Shown: in pieces, positions 30,601-46,499 of the stretch
Layout: the number at the start of each line of letters is the position of its first letter
How positions within the stretch are numbered: position 1 is the stretch's first letter
Assembly (NCBI GenBank): GCA_051313645.2
Contig: JBNRSN020000118.1
Span: forward strand, 1,116,001-1,180,000
Length of the DNA: 64,000 nt
Reading direction: 5' to 3'
Source of the DNA: Centroscyllium fabricii
Lineage: Eukaryota
Notes under the pieces: generated by a model
Databases searched by the model: none
What the model saw: only the letters and a program-made list of their open reading frames with translations
Told to the model about the DNA's origin: nothing
Position numbers and translations under genes: made by a program

Positions 30601-31810
30601 ACTGTACAAATGTTCATCTTATTGTGTTGAACACTGTACAGATGTTCATCTTGTTGTGGTGCACACTGTACAGATGTTCATCATGTTCAGGTGCACAATG
30701 TACAGATGTTCATCTTGTTGTGGTGCACACTGTACAGATGTTCATCATGTTGTGGTGCACACTGTACAGATGTTCATCATATTGTGGTGCACACTGTACA
30801 GATGTTCATCTTGTTGTGGTGCACACTGTACAGATGTTCATCATGTTGTCGTGCACACTGTACAGATGTTCATCATGTTGTGGTGCACAATGTACAGATG
30901 TTCACATGTTGTGGTGCACACTGTACAGATGTTCATCATGTTGTGGTGCACATTGTACAGATGGTCATCATGTTGTGGTGCACACTGTACAGATGTTCAT
31001 CATGTTGTTGTGCACACTGTACAGATGTTCATCATGTTGTGGTGTACAATGTACAGATGTTCATCTTGTTGTGGTGCACACTGTACAGATGTTCATCATG
31101 TTGTGGTGCACACTGTACAGATGTTCATCATGTTGTGGTGCACATTTTACAGATGTTCAACATGTTGTGATGCACACTGTACAGATTTTCATCATGTTGT
31201 TGTGCACAATGTACAGATGTTCATCTTGTTGTGGTGCACACTGCACAGATGTTCATCATGTTGTGGTGCACATTGTACAGATGTTCATCATGTTGTGGTG
31301 CACACTGTACAGATGTTCATCATGTTGTGGTGCACACTGTACAGATGTCCATCATGTTGTGGTGCACACTGTACAGATGTTCATCTTGTTGTGGTGCACA
31401 CTGTACAGATGTTCATCATGTTGTGGTGCACACTGTACAGATGTTCATCATGTTGTGGTGCACACTGTACAGATGATCATCATGTTGTGGTGCACACTGT
31501 ACAGATGTTCATCATGTTGTGGTGCACACTGTTCAAATGTTCATCTTATTGTGTTGCACACTGTACAGATGTTCATCTTGTTGTGGTGCACACTGTACAG
31601 ATGTTCATCATGTTGTGGTGCACACTGTACAGATGATCATCATGTTGTGGTGCACACTGTACAGATGTTCATCATGTTGTGGTGCACATTTTACAGATGT
31701 TCATCTTGTTGTGGTGCACAATGTACAGATGTTCATCATGTTGTGGCGCACACTGTACAGATGTTCATCATGTTGTGGTGCACACTTTACAGATGTTCAT
31801 CATGTTGTGG
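24620..31810 (+). repeat. Tandem duplication, about 3583 bp (112 monomers), 2 copies
   Basis: Markers at 24678/28261 and 25529/29112 (offset 3583), and at 28161/31743 (offset 3582, after a further deletion near 30904). ORF twins at 26145/29728. Confidence 0.88.
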
Positions 31811-34800
31811 TGCACACTGTACAGATGTTCGTAATGTTGTGGTGCACACTGTACAAATGTTCATCTTATTGTGTTGCACACTGTACAGATGTTCATCTTG
31901 TTGTGGTGCACATTGTACAGATGTTCATCATGTTGTGGTGCACACTGTTCAGATGTTCATCTTGTTGTGGTGCACACTGTACAGATATTCAACATGTTGT
32001 TGTGCACAATTTAGAGATGTTCATCATGTTGTGGAGCACAATGTACAGATGTTCATCATGTTGTTGTCCACAATATAGAGATGTTCATCATGTTGTGGTG
32101 CACACTGTACAGATGTTCATCTTGTTGTGGTGCACACTGTACAGATGTTCATCATGAGGTGGTGCACACTGTACAGATGTTCATCATATTGTGGTACACA
32201 CTGTACAGATGTTCATCATGTTGTGGTGCACACTGTACAGATGTTCATCATGTTGTGGTGCACACTGTACAAATGCTCATCTTATTGTGTTGCACACTGT
32301 ACAGATGTTCTTCTTGTTGTGGTGCACACTGTACAGATGTTCATCATGTTGTGGTGCACACTGTACAGATGTTCATCTTGTTGTTGTGCACACTGTACAG
32401 ATGTTCATCTTGTTGTGGTGCACACTGTACAGGTGTTCATCATATTGTGGTGCACACTGTACAGATGTTCATCTTGTTGTGGAGAACACTGTACAGATGT
32501 TTATCATGTTGTGGTGCACACTGTACAGATGTTCATCATGTTGTGGTGCACACTGTACAGATGTTCATCATGTTGTGGTTCACACTGTACAGATATTCAT
32601 CATGTTGTGGTGCACATTGTTCAGATGTTCATCATGTTGTGGTGCACACTGTACAGATGTTCATCATGTTGTGGTGCACACTGTACAGATGTTCATCATG
32701 TTGTGGTGCACAATGTACAGATGTTCATCTTGTTGTGGTGCACACTGTACAGATGTTCTTCATGTTGTGGTGCACACTGTACAGATGTTCATCATGTTGT
32801 GGTGCACACTGTACAGATGTTCATCATGTTGTGGATCACACTGTACAGATGTTCAACATGTTGTTGTGCACACTGTACAGATGTTCATCATGTTGTGGTG
32901 CACACTGTACAGATGTTCATCATGTTGTTGTGCACAATGTACAGATGTTCATCTTGTTGTGGTGCAGACTGTACAGATGTTCATCATGTTGTGGTGCACA
33001 TTGTACAGATGTTCATCATGTTGTTGTGCACACTGTACAGATGTTCATCATGTTGTGGTGCACACTGTACAGATGTTCATCATGTTGTGGTGCACACTGT
33101 ACAGATGTTCATCTTGTTGTGGTGCACACTGTACAGATGTTCATCATGTTGTGGTGCACACTGTACAGATGTTCATCATGTTGTGGTGCACACGGTACAG
33201 ATGTTCATCATGTTGTGGTGCACACTGTACAGATGTTCATCATGTTGTGGTGCACACTGTACAAATGTTCATCTTATTGTGTTGCACACTGTACAGATGT
33301 TCATCTTGTAGTGGTGCACACTGTACAGATGTTCATCATGTTGTGGTGCACACTGTACAGATGTTCATCTTGTTGTGGTGCAAACTGTACAGATGTTCAT
33401 CTTGTTTTGGTGCACACTGTACAGATGTTCATCATATTGTGGTGCACACTGTACAAATGTTCATCTTGTTGTGGTGCACATTTTACAGATGTTCATCATG
33501 TTGTGGTGCACACTGTACAGATGTTCATCATGTTGTGGTGCACACTGTACAGATGTTCACCTTTTTTGGTGCACACTGTACAGATGCTCATCTTGTTGTG
33601 GTGCAAACTGTACAGATGTTCATCATGTTGTGGTACACACTGTGCAGATGTTCATCATGTTGTGGTGCACAATGTACATATGTTCATCTTGTTGTGGTGC
33701 ACACTGTACAGATGTTCATCTTATTGTGGTGCACACTGTACAGATGTTCAACATGTTGTGGTGCACACTTTACAGATGTTCATCATGTTGTGGTGCTCAC
33801 TGTACAGATGTTCACCTTCTTGTGGTGTACACAGTACAGATGTTCATCATGTTGTGGAGCACACTGTACAGATGTTCCTCATGTTGTGGTACACACTGTA
33901 CAGATGTTCATCTTATTCTGGTGCACACTGTACAGATGTTCATCTTGTTGTGGTGCACACTGTACAGATGTGCATCTTGTTGTGTTGCACACTGTACAGA
34001 TGTTCACCTTGTTGTGGTGAACACTGTACAGATGTTCATCATGTTGTGGTGCACATTGTACAGATGTTCATCTTGTTGTGGTTCACATTGTACAGATGTT
34101 CATCATGTTGTAGTGCACACTGTGCATATGTTCATTTTGTTGTGGTGCACACTGTACAGATGTTCATCATGTTGTGGTGCACATTGTACAGATGTACATC
34201 ATGTTGTGGTGCATACTGTACAGATATACAACTTGTTGTGGTGCACACTTTACAGATGTTCATCATGTTGTGGTGCACTCTTTACAGATGTTCCTCATGC
34301 TGTTGTGCACACTGTACAGATGCTCATCTTGTTGTGGTGCAAACTGTACAGATGTTCATCAGGTTGTTGTACACACTGTACAAATGTTCATCATGTTGTG
34401 GTGCACACTGTACAGATGTTCATCTTGTTGTGGTGCACACTGTACAGATGTTCATCATGTCGTGGTGCACACTGTACAGATATTCATCATGTTGTGGTGC
34501 ACACTTTACAGATGTTCATCATGTTGTGGTGCACACTGTACAGATGTTCATCATGTTGTGGTGCACACTGTACAAATGTTCATCTTATTGTGTTGCACAC
34601 TGTACAGATGTTCATCTTGTTGTGGTGCACACTGTACAGATGTTCATCATGTTGTGGTGCACACTGTACAGATGTTCATCTTGTTGTGGTGCACACTGTA
34701 CAGATGTTCATCTTGTTGTGGTGCAAATTCTACAGATGTTTATCATGTTGTGGTGCACACTGTTCAAATGTTCATCTTATTGTGTTGCACACTGTACAGA

Positions 34801-37800
34801 TGTTCATCTTGTTGTGGTGCACACTGTACAGATGTTCATCATGTTGTGGTGCACACTGTACAGATGATCATCATGTTGTGGTGCACACTGTACAGATGTT
34901 CATCATGTTGTGGTGCACATTTTACAGATGTTCATCTTGTTGTGGTGCACAATGTACAGATGTTCATCATGTTGTGGCGCACACTGTACAGATGTTCATC
35001 ATGTTGTGGTGCACACTTTACAGATGTTCATCATGTTGTGGTGCACACTGTACAGATGTTCGTCATGTTGTGGTGCACACTGTACAAATGTTCATCTTAT
35101 TGTGTTGCACACTGTACAGATGTTCATCTTGTTGTGGTGCACATTGTACAGATGTTCATCATGTTGTGGTGCACACTGTTCAGATGTTCATCTTGTTGTG
35201 GTGCACACTGTACAGATGTTCAACATGTTGTTGTGCACAATTTAGAGATGTTCATCATGTTGTGGAGCACAATGTACAGATGTTCATCATGTTGTTGTCC
35301 ACAATATAGAGATGTTCATCATGTTGTGGTGCACACTGTACAGATGTTCATCTTGTTGTGGTGCACACTGTACAGATGTTCATCATGTGGTGGTGCACAC
35401 TGTACAGATGTTCATCATATTGTGGTACACACTGTACAGATGTTCATCATGTTGTGGTGCACACTGTACAGATGTTCATCATGTTGTGGTGCACACTGTA
35501 CAAATGCTCATCTTATTGTGTTGCACACTGTACAGATGTTCTTCTTGTTGTGGTGCACACTGTACAGATGTTCATCATGTTGTGGTGCACACTGTACAGA
35601 TGTTCATCTTGTTGTTGTGCACACTGTACAGATGTTCATCTTGTTGTGGTGCACACTGTACAGGTGTTCATCATATTGTGGTGCACACTGTACAGATGTT
35701 CATCTTGTTGTGGAGAACACTGTACAGATGTTTATCATGTTGTGGTGCACACTGTACAGATGTTCATCATGTTGTGGTGCACACTGTACAGATGTTCATC
35801 ATGTTGTGGTTCACACTGTACAGATATTCATCATGTTGTGGTGCACATTGTTCAGATGTTCATCATGTTGTGGTGCACACTGTACAGATGTTCATCATGT
35901 TGTGGTGCACACTGTACAGATGTTCATCATGTTGTGGTGCACAATGTACAGATGTTCATCTTGTTGTGGTGCACACTGTACAGATGTTCTTCATGTTGTG
36001 GTGCACACTGTACAGATGTTCATCATGTTGTGGTGCACACTGTACAGATGTTCATCATGTTGTGGATCACACTGTACAGATGTTCAACATGTTGTTGTGC
36101 ACACTGTACAGATGTTCATCATGTTGTGGTGCACACTGTACAGATGTTCATCATGTTGTTGTGCACAATGTACAGATGTTCATCTTGTTGTGGTGCAGAC
36201 TGTACAGATGTTCATCATGTTGTGGTGCACATTGTACAGATGTTCATCATGTTGTTGTGCACACTGTACAGATGTTCATCATGTTGTGGTGCACACTGTA
36301 CAGATGTTCATCATGTTGTGGTGCACACTGTACAGATGTTCATCTTGTTGTGGTGCACACTGTACAGATGTTCATCATGTTGTGGTGCACACTGTACAGA
36401 TGTTCATCATGTTGTGGTGCACACGGTACAGATGTTCATCATGTTGTGGTGCACACTGTACAGATGTTCATCATGTTGTGGTGCACACTGTACAAATGTT
36501 CATCTTATTGTGTTGCACACTGTACAGATGTTCATCTTGTAGTGGTGCACACTGTACAGATGTTCATCATGTTGTGGTGCACACTGTACAGATGTTCATC
36601 TTGTTGTGGTGCAAACTGTACAGATGTTCATCTTGTTTTGGTGCACACTGTACAGATGTTCATCATATTGTGGTGCACACTGTACAAATGTTCATCTTGT
36701 TGTGGTGCACATTTTACAGATGTTCATCATGTTGTGGTGCACACTGTACAGATGTTCATCATGTTGTGGTGCACACTGTACAGATGTTCACCTTTTTTGG
36801 TGCACACTGTACAGATGCTCATCTTGTTGTGGTGCAAACTGTACAGATGTTCATCATGTTGTGGTACACACTGTGCAGATGTTCATCATGTTGTGGTGCA
36901 CAATGTACATATGTTCATCTTGTTGTGGTGCACACTGTACAGATGTTCATCTTATTGTGGTGCACACTGTACAGATGTTCAACATGTTGTGGTGCACACT
37001 TTACAGATGTTCATCATGTTGTGGTGCTCACTGTACAGATGTTCACCTTCTTGTGGTGTACACAGTACAGATGTTCATCATGTTGTGGAGCACACTGTAC
37101 AGATGTTCCTCATGTTGTGGTACACACTGTACAGATGTTCATCTTATTCTGGTGCACACTGTACAGATGTTCATCTTGTTGTGGTGCACACTGTACAGAT
37201 GTGCATCTTGTTGTGTTGCACACTGTACAGATGTTCACCTTGTTGTGGTGAACACTGTACAGATGTTCATCATGTTGTGGTGCACATTGTACAGATGTTC
37301 ATCTTGTTGTGGTTCACATTGTACAGATGTTCATCATGTTGTAGTGCACACTGTGCATATGTTCATTTTGTTGTGGTGCACACTGTACAGATGTTCATCA
37401 TGTTGTGGTGCACATTGTACAGATGTACATCATGTTGTGGTGCATACTGTACAGATATACAACTTGTTGTGGTGCACACTTTACAGATGTTCATCATGTT
37501 GTGGTGCACTCTTTACAGATGTTCCTCATGCTGTTGTGCACACTGTACAGATGCTCATCTTGTTGTGGTGCAAACTGTACAGATGTTCATCAGGTTGTTG
37601 TACACACTGTACAAATGTTCATCATGTTGTGGTGCACACTGTACAGATGTTCATCTTGTTGTGGTGCACACTGTACAGATGTTCATCATGTCGTGGTGCA
37701 CACTGTACAGATATTCATCATGTTGTGGTGCACACTTTACAGATGTTCATCATGTTGTGGTGCACACTGTACAGATGTTCATCATGTTGTGGTGCACACT

Positions 37801-37980
37801 GTACAAATGTTCATCTTATTGTGTTGCACACTGTACAGATGTTCATCTTGTTGTGGTGCACACTGTACAGATGTTCATCATGTTGTGGTGCACACTGTAC
37901 AGATGTTCATCTTGTTGTGGTGCACACTGTACAGATGTTCATCTTGTTGTGGTGCAAATTCTACAGATGTTTATCATGTT
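31520..37980 (+). repeat. Near-identical tandem duplication, 3231 bp (101 monomers), 2 copies
   Basis: GTTCAAATG at 31531/34762, CACCTTTTTTGG at 33558/36789, GTGCAAATTCTAC at 34721/37952. ORF twins at 32081/35312 and 33375/36606. Confidence 0.92.
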
Positions 37981-40900
37981 GTGGTGCATACTGTACAGAT
38001 GTACATCTTGTTGTGGTGCACACTGTACAGATGTTCATCACGTTGTTGTGCACACTTTACAGATGTTCATCATGCTGTTGTGCACACTGTACAGATGCTC
38101 ATCTTGTTGTGGTGCAAACTGTACAGATGTTCATCATGTTGTGGTACACACTGTACAGATGTTCATCATGTTGTGGTGCACACTGTACATATGTTCATCT
38201 TGTTGTGGTGCACACTGTACAGATGTTCATCATGTTGTGGTGCACACTGCACAGATGTTCATCATGTTGTGGTGCACACTGTACAAATGTTCATCTTATT
38301 GTGTTGAACACTGTACAGATGTTCATCTTGTTGTGGTGCACACTGTACAGATGTTCATCATGTTCAGGTGCACAATGTACAGATGTTGATCTTGTTGTGG
38401 TGCACACTGTACAGATGTTCATCTTGTTGTGGTGCACACTGTACAGATGTTCATCATATTGTGGTGCACACTGTACAGATGTTCATCTTGTTGTGGTGCA
38501 CACTGTACAGATGTTCATCATGTTGTCGTGCACACTGTACAGATGTTCATCATGTTGTGGTGCACACTGTACAGATGTTCATCATGTTGTGGTGCACACT
38601 GTACAGATATTCATCATGTTGTGGTGCACATTGTACAGATGGTCATCATGTTGTGGTGCACACTGTACAGATGTTCATCATGTTGTTGTGCACACTGTGC
38701 AGATGTTCATCATGTTGTGGTGCACAATGTACAGATGTTCATCTTGTTGTGGTGCACACTGTACAGATGTTCATCATGTTGTGGTGCACACTGTACAGAT
38801 GTTCATCATGTTGTGGTGCACATTTTACAGATGTTCAACATGTTGTGATGCACACTGTACAGATTTTCGTCATGTTGTTGTGCACAATGTACAGATGTTC
38901 ATCTTGTTGTGGTGCACACTGTACAGATGTTCATCATGTTGTGGTGCACATTGTACAGATGTTCATCATGTTGTGGTGCACACTGTACAGATGTTCATCA
39001 TGTTTTGGTGCACACTGTACAGATGTCCATCATGTTGTGGTGCACACTGTACAGATGTTCATCTTGTTGTGGTGCACACTGTACAGATGTTCATCATGTT
39101 GTGGTGCACACTGTACAGATGATCATCATGTTGTCGTGCACACTGTACAGATGTTCATCATGTTGTGGTGCACACTGTACAGATGTTCATCTTGTTGTGG
39201 TGCACAATGTACAGATGTTCATCATGTTGTGGCGCACACTGTACAGATGTTCATCATGTTGTGGTGCACACTTTACAGATGTTCATCATGTTGTGGTGCA
39301 CACTGTACAGATGTTCGTCATGTTGTGGTGCACACTGTACAAATGTTCATCTTATTGTGTTGCACAATGTACAGATGTTCATCTTGTTGTGGTGCACATT
39401 GTACAGATGTTCATCATGTTGTGGTGCACACTGTTCAGATGTTCATCTTGTTGTGGTGCACACTGTACAGATGTTCAACATGTTGTTGTGCACAATTTAG
39501 AGATGTTCATCATGTTGTGGAGCACAATGTACAGATGTTCATCATGTTGTTGTCCACAATTTAGAGATGTTCATCATGTTGTGGTGCACACTGTACAGAT
39601 GTTCATCTTGTTGTGGTGCACACTGTACAGATGTTCATCTTGTTGTGTTGCACACTGTACAGATGTTCATCTTGTTGTGCTGCACACTGTACAGATGTTC
39701 ATCATGTTGTGGTGCACATTTTACAGATGGTCATCTTGTTGCGGTGCACATTGTAGAGATGTTCACCATGTTGTGGTGCACACTGTACAGATGTTCATCT
39801 TGTTGTGGTGCACACTGTACAGATGTTCATCATGTTGTAGTGCACACTGTGCAGATGTTCGTCTTGTTGTGGTGCACACTGTACAGATGTTCATCTTGTT
39901 GTGGTGCACATTGTACAGATGTTCATCATGTTGTGGTGCATACTGTACTGATGTACATCTTGTTGTGGTGCACACTGTACAGATGTTCATCATGTTGTGG
40001 TGCACACTTTACAGATGTTCATCATGCTGTTGTGCACACTGTACAGATGCTCATCTTGTTGTGGTGCAAACTGTACAGATGTTCATCATGTTGTGGTACA
40101 CACTGTACAGATGTGCATCATGTTGTGGAGCACACTGTACAGATGTTCATCTTGTTGTTGTGCCCACTGTACAGATGTTCATCATGTTGTGGTGCACACT
40201 GTACAGATGTTCATCATGTTGTGGTGCACACTGTACAAATGCTCATCTTATTGTGTTGAACACTGTACAGATGTTCATGTTGTTGTGGTGCACACTGTAC
40301 AGATGTTCATCATGTTGTGGTGCACAATGTACAGATGTTAATCTTGTTGTGGTGCATACTGTACAGATGTTCATCTTGTTGTGGTGCACACTGTACAGAT
40401 GTTCATCATATTGTGGTGCACACTGTACAGATGTTCATCTTGTTTTTGGGCACACTGTACAGATTTTCATCATGTTGTGGTGCACACTGTACAGATGTTC
40501 ATCTTGTTGTGGTGCACACTGTACAGATGTTCATCATGTTTTGGTGCGCACTGTACAGATGTTCATCACGTTGTGGTGCACATTTTATAGATGTTCATCA
40601 TGTTGTGGTGCACACTGTACAGACGTTCATCATGTTGTTGTGCACTCTGTACAGATGTTCATCATGTTGTGGTGCACAATGTACAGATGTTCATCTTGTT
40701 GTGGTGCACACTGTACAGATGTTCATCATGTTGTGGTGCACACTGTACAGATGTTCAACATGTTGTGGTGCACACTGTACAGATGTTCATCATGTTGTGG
40801 TGCACACTGTACAGATGTTCATCATGTTGTTGTGCACAATGTACAGATGTTCATCTTGTTGTGGTGCACACTGTACAGATGTTCATCATGTTGTGGTGCA

Positions 40901-42199
40901 CATTGTACAGATGTTCATCATGTTGTGGTGCACACTGTACAGATGTTCATCATGTTGTGGTGCACACTGTACAGATGTTCATCATGTTGTGGTGCACACT
41001 GTACAGATGTTCATCTTGTTGTGTTGCACACTGTACAGATGTTCATCATGTTGTGGTGCACACTGTACGGATGTTCATGATGTTGTGGTGCACACTGTAC
41101 AGATGTTCATGATGTTGTGGTGCACACTGTACAGATGTTCATCATGTTGTGGTGCACACTGTACAAATGTTCATCTTATTGTGTTGCACACTGTACAGAT
41201 GTTCATCTTGTTGTGGTGCACACTGTACAGATGTTCATCATGTTGTGGTGCACACTGTACAGATGTTCACCTTGTTGTGGTGCACACTGTACAGATGTTC
41301 ATCTTGTTGTGGTGCACAATGTACAGATGTTCATCATATTGTGGTGCACACTGTACAGATGTTCATATTGTTGTGGGGCACACTTTACAGATGTTCATTA
41401 TGTTGTGGTGCACACTGTACAGATGTTCATCATGTTGTGGTGCACACTGTACAGATGTTCACCTTTTTTGGTGCACACTGTACAGATGCTCATCTTGTTG
41501 TGGTGCAAACTGTACAGATGTTCATCATGTTGTGGTACACACTGTACAGATGTTCATCATGTTGTGGTGCACACTGTACAGATGTTCATCTTGTTGTGGT
41601 GCACACTGTACAGATGTTCATCTTGTTGTGGTGCACACTGTACAGATGTTCATCATGCTGTGGTGCACACTGTACAGATGTTCATCATGTTGTGGTGCAC
41701 ATTTTACAGATATTCATCATGTTGCGGTGCACGCTGTACAGATGTTCACCTTCTTGTGGTGTGCATAGTACAGATGTTCATCATGTTGTGGTGCACACTG
41801 TACAGATGTTCATCTCGTTGTGGTGCACACTGTACAGATGTTCATCATCTTGTGGTGCACACTGTACAGATGTTCATCTTGTTGTGGTGCACACTGTACA
41901 GATGTTCGACATGTTGTGGTGCACACTGTAGAGATGTTCAACATGTTGTGGTGCACACTGTACAGATGTTCATCATGTTGTGGTGCACACTGTACAGATG
42001 TTCATCATGTTGTGGTGCACATTGTACAGATGTTCATCATGTTGTGGTGCACACTGTACAGATGTTCATCATGTTGTGGTGCACACTGTACAGATGTTCA
42101 TCATGTTGTGGTGCACAATGTACAGATGTTCATCTTGTTGTGGTGCACACTGTACAGATGTTCATCATGTTGTGGTGCACACTGTACAGATGTTCATCA

Positions 42200-44420
42200 T
42201 GTTGTGGTGCACACTGTACAGATGTTCAACATGTTGTGGTGCACACTGTACAGATGTTCATCATGTTGTGGTGCACACTGTACAGATGTTCATCATGTTG
42301 TGGTGCACAATGTACAGATGTTCATCTTGTTGCGGTGCACACTGTACAGATGTTCATCATGTTGTGGTGCACATTGTACAGATGTTCATCATGTTGTCGT
42401 GCACACTGTACAGATGTTCATCATGTTGTGGTGCACACTGTACAGATGTTCATCATGTTGTGGTGCACACTGTACAGATGTTCATCATGTTGTGGTGCAC
42501 ACTTTACAGATGTTCATCATGTTGTGGTGCACACTGTACAGATGTTCGTCATGTTGTGGTGCACACTGTACAAATCTTCATCTTATTGTGTTGCACAATG
42601 TACAGATGTTCATCATGTTGTGGCGCACACTGTACAGATGTTCACCATGTTGTGGTGCACACTTTACAGATGTTCATCATGTTGTGGTGCACACTGTACA
42701 GATGTTCGTCATGTTGTGGTGCACACAGTACAGATGTTCATCTTGTTGTGGTGCACATTGTACAGATGTTCATCATGTTGTGGTGCACACTGTTCAGATG
42801 TTCATCTTGTTGTGGTGCACACTGTACAGATGTTCAACATGTTGTTGTGCACAATTTAGAGATGTTCATCATGTTGTGGAGCACAATGTACAGATGTTCA
42901 TCATGTTGTTGTCCACAATTTAGAGATGTTCATCATGTTGTTGTGCACACTGTACAGATGTTCATCTTGTTGTGGTGCACACTGTACAGATGTTCATCTT
43001 GTTGTGTTGCACACTGTACAGATGTTCATCTTGTTGTGCTGCACACTGTACAGATGTTCATCATGTTGTGGTGCACATTTTACAGATGTTCATCTTGTTG
43101 CGGTGCACATTGTAGAGATGTTCACCATGTTGTGGTGCACACTGTACAGATGTTCATCTTGTTGTGGTGCACACTGTACAGATGTTCATCATGTTGTAGT
43201 GCACACTGTGCAGATGTTCATCTTGTTGTGGTGCACACTGTACAGATGTTCATCTTGTTGTGGTGCACACTGTACAGATGTTCATCTTGTTGTGGTGCAC
43301 ACTGTACAGATGTTCATCATGTTGTGCTGCACACTGTACAGATGTTCAACATGTTGTGGTGCACACTGTACAGATGTTCATCATGTTGTGGTGCACACTG
43401 TACAGATGTTCATCATGTTGTGGTGCACAATGTACAGATGTTCATCTTGTTGCGGTGCACACTGTACAGATGTTCATCATGTTGTGGTGCACATTGTACA
43501 GATGTTCATCATGTTGTCGTGCACACTGTACAGATGTTCATCATGTTGTGGTGCACACTGTACAGATGTTCATCATGTTGTGGTGCACACTGTACAGATG
43601 TTCATCATGTTGTGGTGCACACTTTACAGATGTTCATCATGTTGTGGTGCACACTGTACAGATGTTCGTCATGTTGTGGTGCACACTGTACAAATGTTCA
43701 TCTTATTGTGTTGCACAATGTACAGATGTTCATCATGTTGTGGCGCACACTGTACAGATGTTCATCATGTTGTGGTGCACACTTTACAGATGTTCATCAT
43801 GTTGTGGTGCACACTGTACAGATGTTCGTCATGTTGTGGTGCACACTGTACAAATGTTCATCTTATTGTGTTGCACACTGTACAGATGTTCATCTTGTTG
43901 TGGTGCACATTGTACAGATGTTCATCATGTTGTGGTGCACACTGTTCAGATGTTCATCTTGTTGTGGTGCACACTGTACAGATGTTCAACATGTTGTTGT
44001 GCACAATTTAGAGATGTTCATCATGTTGTGGAGCACAATGTACAGATGTTCATCATGTTGTTGTCCACAATTTAGAGATGTTCATCATGTTGTGGTGCAC
44101 ACTGCACAGATGTTCATCTTGTTGTGGTGCACACTGTACAGATGTTCATCTTGTTGTGTTGCACACTGTACAGATGTTCATCTTGTTGTGCTGCACACTG
44201 TACAGATGTTCATCATGTTGTGGTGCACATTTTACAGATGTTCATCTTGTTGCGGTGCACATTGTAGAGATGTTCACCATGTTGTGGTGCACACTGTACA
44301 GATGTTCATCTTGTTGTGGTGCACACTGTACAGATGTTCATCATGTTGTAGTGCACACTGTGCAGATGTTCATCTTGTTGTGGTGCACACTGTACAGATG
44401 TTCATCTTGTTGTGGTGCAC
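42200..44420 (+). repeat. Tandem duplication, 1120-1152 bp (35-36 monomers)
   Basis: TTGCGGTG monomer at 42321/43441 (offset 1120). AATTTAGAG monomer at 42841/43993 (offset 1152). ORF twins at 42926/44078. Confidence 0.8.
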
Positions 44421-46499
44421 ATTGTACAGATGTTCATCATGTTGTGGTGCATACTGTACTGATGTACATCTTGTTGTGGTGCACACTGTACAGATGTTCA
44501 TCATGTTGTGGTGCACACTTTACAGATGTTCATCATGCTGTTGTGCACACTGTACAGATGCTCAACTTGTTGTGGTGCAAACTGTACAGATGTTCATCAT
44601 GTTGTGGTACACACTGTACAGATGTGCATCATGTTGTGGAGCACACTGTACAGATGTTCATCTTGTTGTTGTGCCCACTGTACAGATGTTCATCATGTTG
44701 TGGTGCACACTGTACAGATGTTCATCATGTTGTGGTGCACACTGTACAAATGTTCATCTTATTGTGTTGAACACTGTACAGATGTTCATCTTGTTGTGGT
44801 GCACACTGTACAGATGTTCATCATGTTGTGGTGCACAATGTACAGATGTTCATCTTGTTGTGGTGCACACTGTACAGATGTTCATCTTGTTGTCGTGCAC
44901 ACTGTACAGTAGTTCATCATATTGTGGTGCACACTGTACAGATGTTCATCATGTTGTGGTGCACACTGTACAGATGTTCATCATGTTTTGGTGCGCACTG
45001 TACAGATGTTCATCATGTTGTCGTGCACATTCTATAGATGTTCATCATGTTGTGGTGCACACTGTACAGACGTTCATCATGTTGTTGTGCACACTGTACA
45101 GATGTTCATCATGTTGTGGTGCACAATGTACAGATGTTCATCTTGTTGTGGTGCACACTGTACAGATGTTCATCATGTTGTGGTGCACACTGTACAGATG
45201 TTCAACATGTTGTGGTGCACACTGTACAGATGCTCATCATGTTGTGGTGCACACTGTACAGATGTTGATCAAGTTGTGGTGCACATTGTACAGATGTTCA
45301 TCATGTTGTGGTGCACACTGTACAGATGTTCATCTTGTTGTGGAGCACAATGTACAGATGTTCATCATGTTGTGGTGCACACTGTACAGATGTTCATCAT
45401 GTTGTGGAGCACACTTTACAGATGTTCATCATGTTGTGGTGCACACTGTACAGATGTTCATCATGTTGTGGTGCACACTGTACAAATGCTCATCTTATTG
45501 TGTTGCACACTGTACAGATGTTCATCTTGTTGTGGTGCACACTGTACAGATGTTCATCATGTTGTGCTGCACACTGTTCAGATGATCATCTTGTTGTGGT
45601 GCACACTTTACGGATGTTCATCATGTTGTGGAGCACAATGTACAGATGTTCATCATGTTGTTGTGCACAATTTAGAGATGTTCATCATGTTGTGGTGCAC
45701 ACTGTACAGATGTTCATCTTGTTGTGGTGCACACTGTACAGATGTTCATCTTTTTGTGTTGCACACTGTACAGATGTTCATCTTGTTGTGCTGCACACTG
45801 TACAGATGTTCATCAAGTTGTGGTGCACTTTTTACAGATGTTCATCTTGTTGTGGTGCACATTGTAGAGATGGTCACCATGTTGGGGTGCACACTGTACA
45901 GATGTTCATCTTGTTGTGGTGCACACTGTACAGATGTTCATCATGTTGTAGTGCACACTGTGCAGATGTTCATCTTGTTGTGGTGCACACTGTACAGATG
46001 TTCATCTTGTTGTGGTGTACATTGTACAGATGTTCATCATGTTGTGGTGCATACTGTACAGATGTACATCTTGTTGTGGTGCACACTGTACAGATGTTCA
46101 TCATGTTGTGGTGCACACTTTACAGATGTTCATCCTGCTGTTGTGCACACTGTACAGATGCTCATCTTGTTGTGGTGCAAACTGTACAGATGTTCATCAT
46201 GTTGTGGTACACAGTGCACAGATGTTCATCATGTTGTGGAGCACACTGTACAGATGTTCATCTTGTTGTGGTGCACACTGTACAGATGTTCATCATGTTG
46301 TGGTGCACACTGTACAGATGTTCATCATGTTGTGGTGCACACTGTACAAATGTTCATCTTATTGTGTTGAACACTGTACAGATGTTCATCTTGTTGTGGT
46401 GCACACTGTACAGATGTTCATCATGTTGTGGTGCACAATGTACAGATGTTCATCTTGTTGTGGTGCACACTGTACAGATGTTCATCTTGTTGTGGTGCA

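Noticed and set aside
10982-40005. Short minus-strand ORFs (10982-11221, 12548-12787, 13089-13295, 39763-40005)
   Set aside because: They arise where variants happen to remove the TGA codons in a few consecutive monomers.
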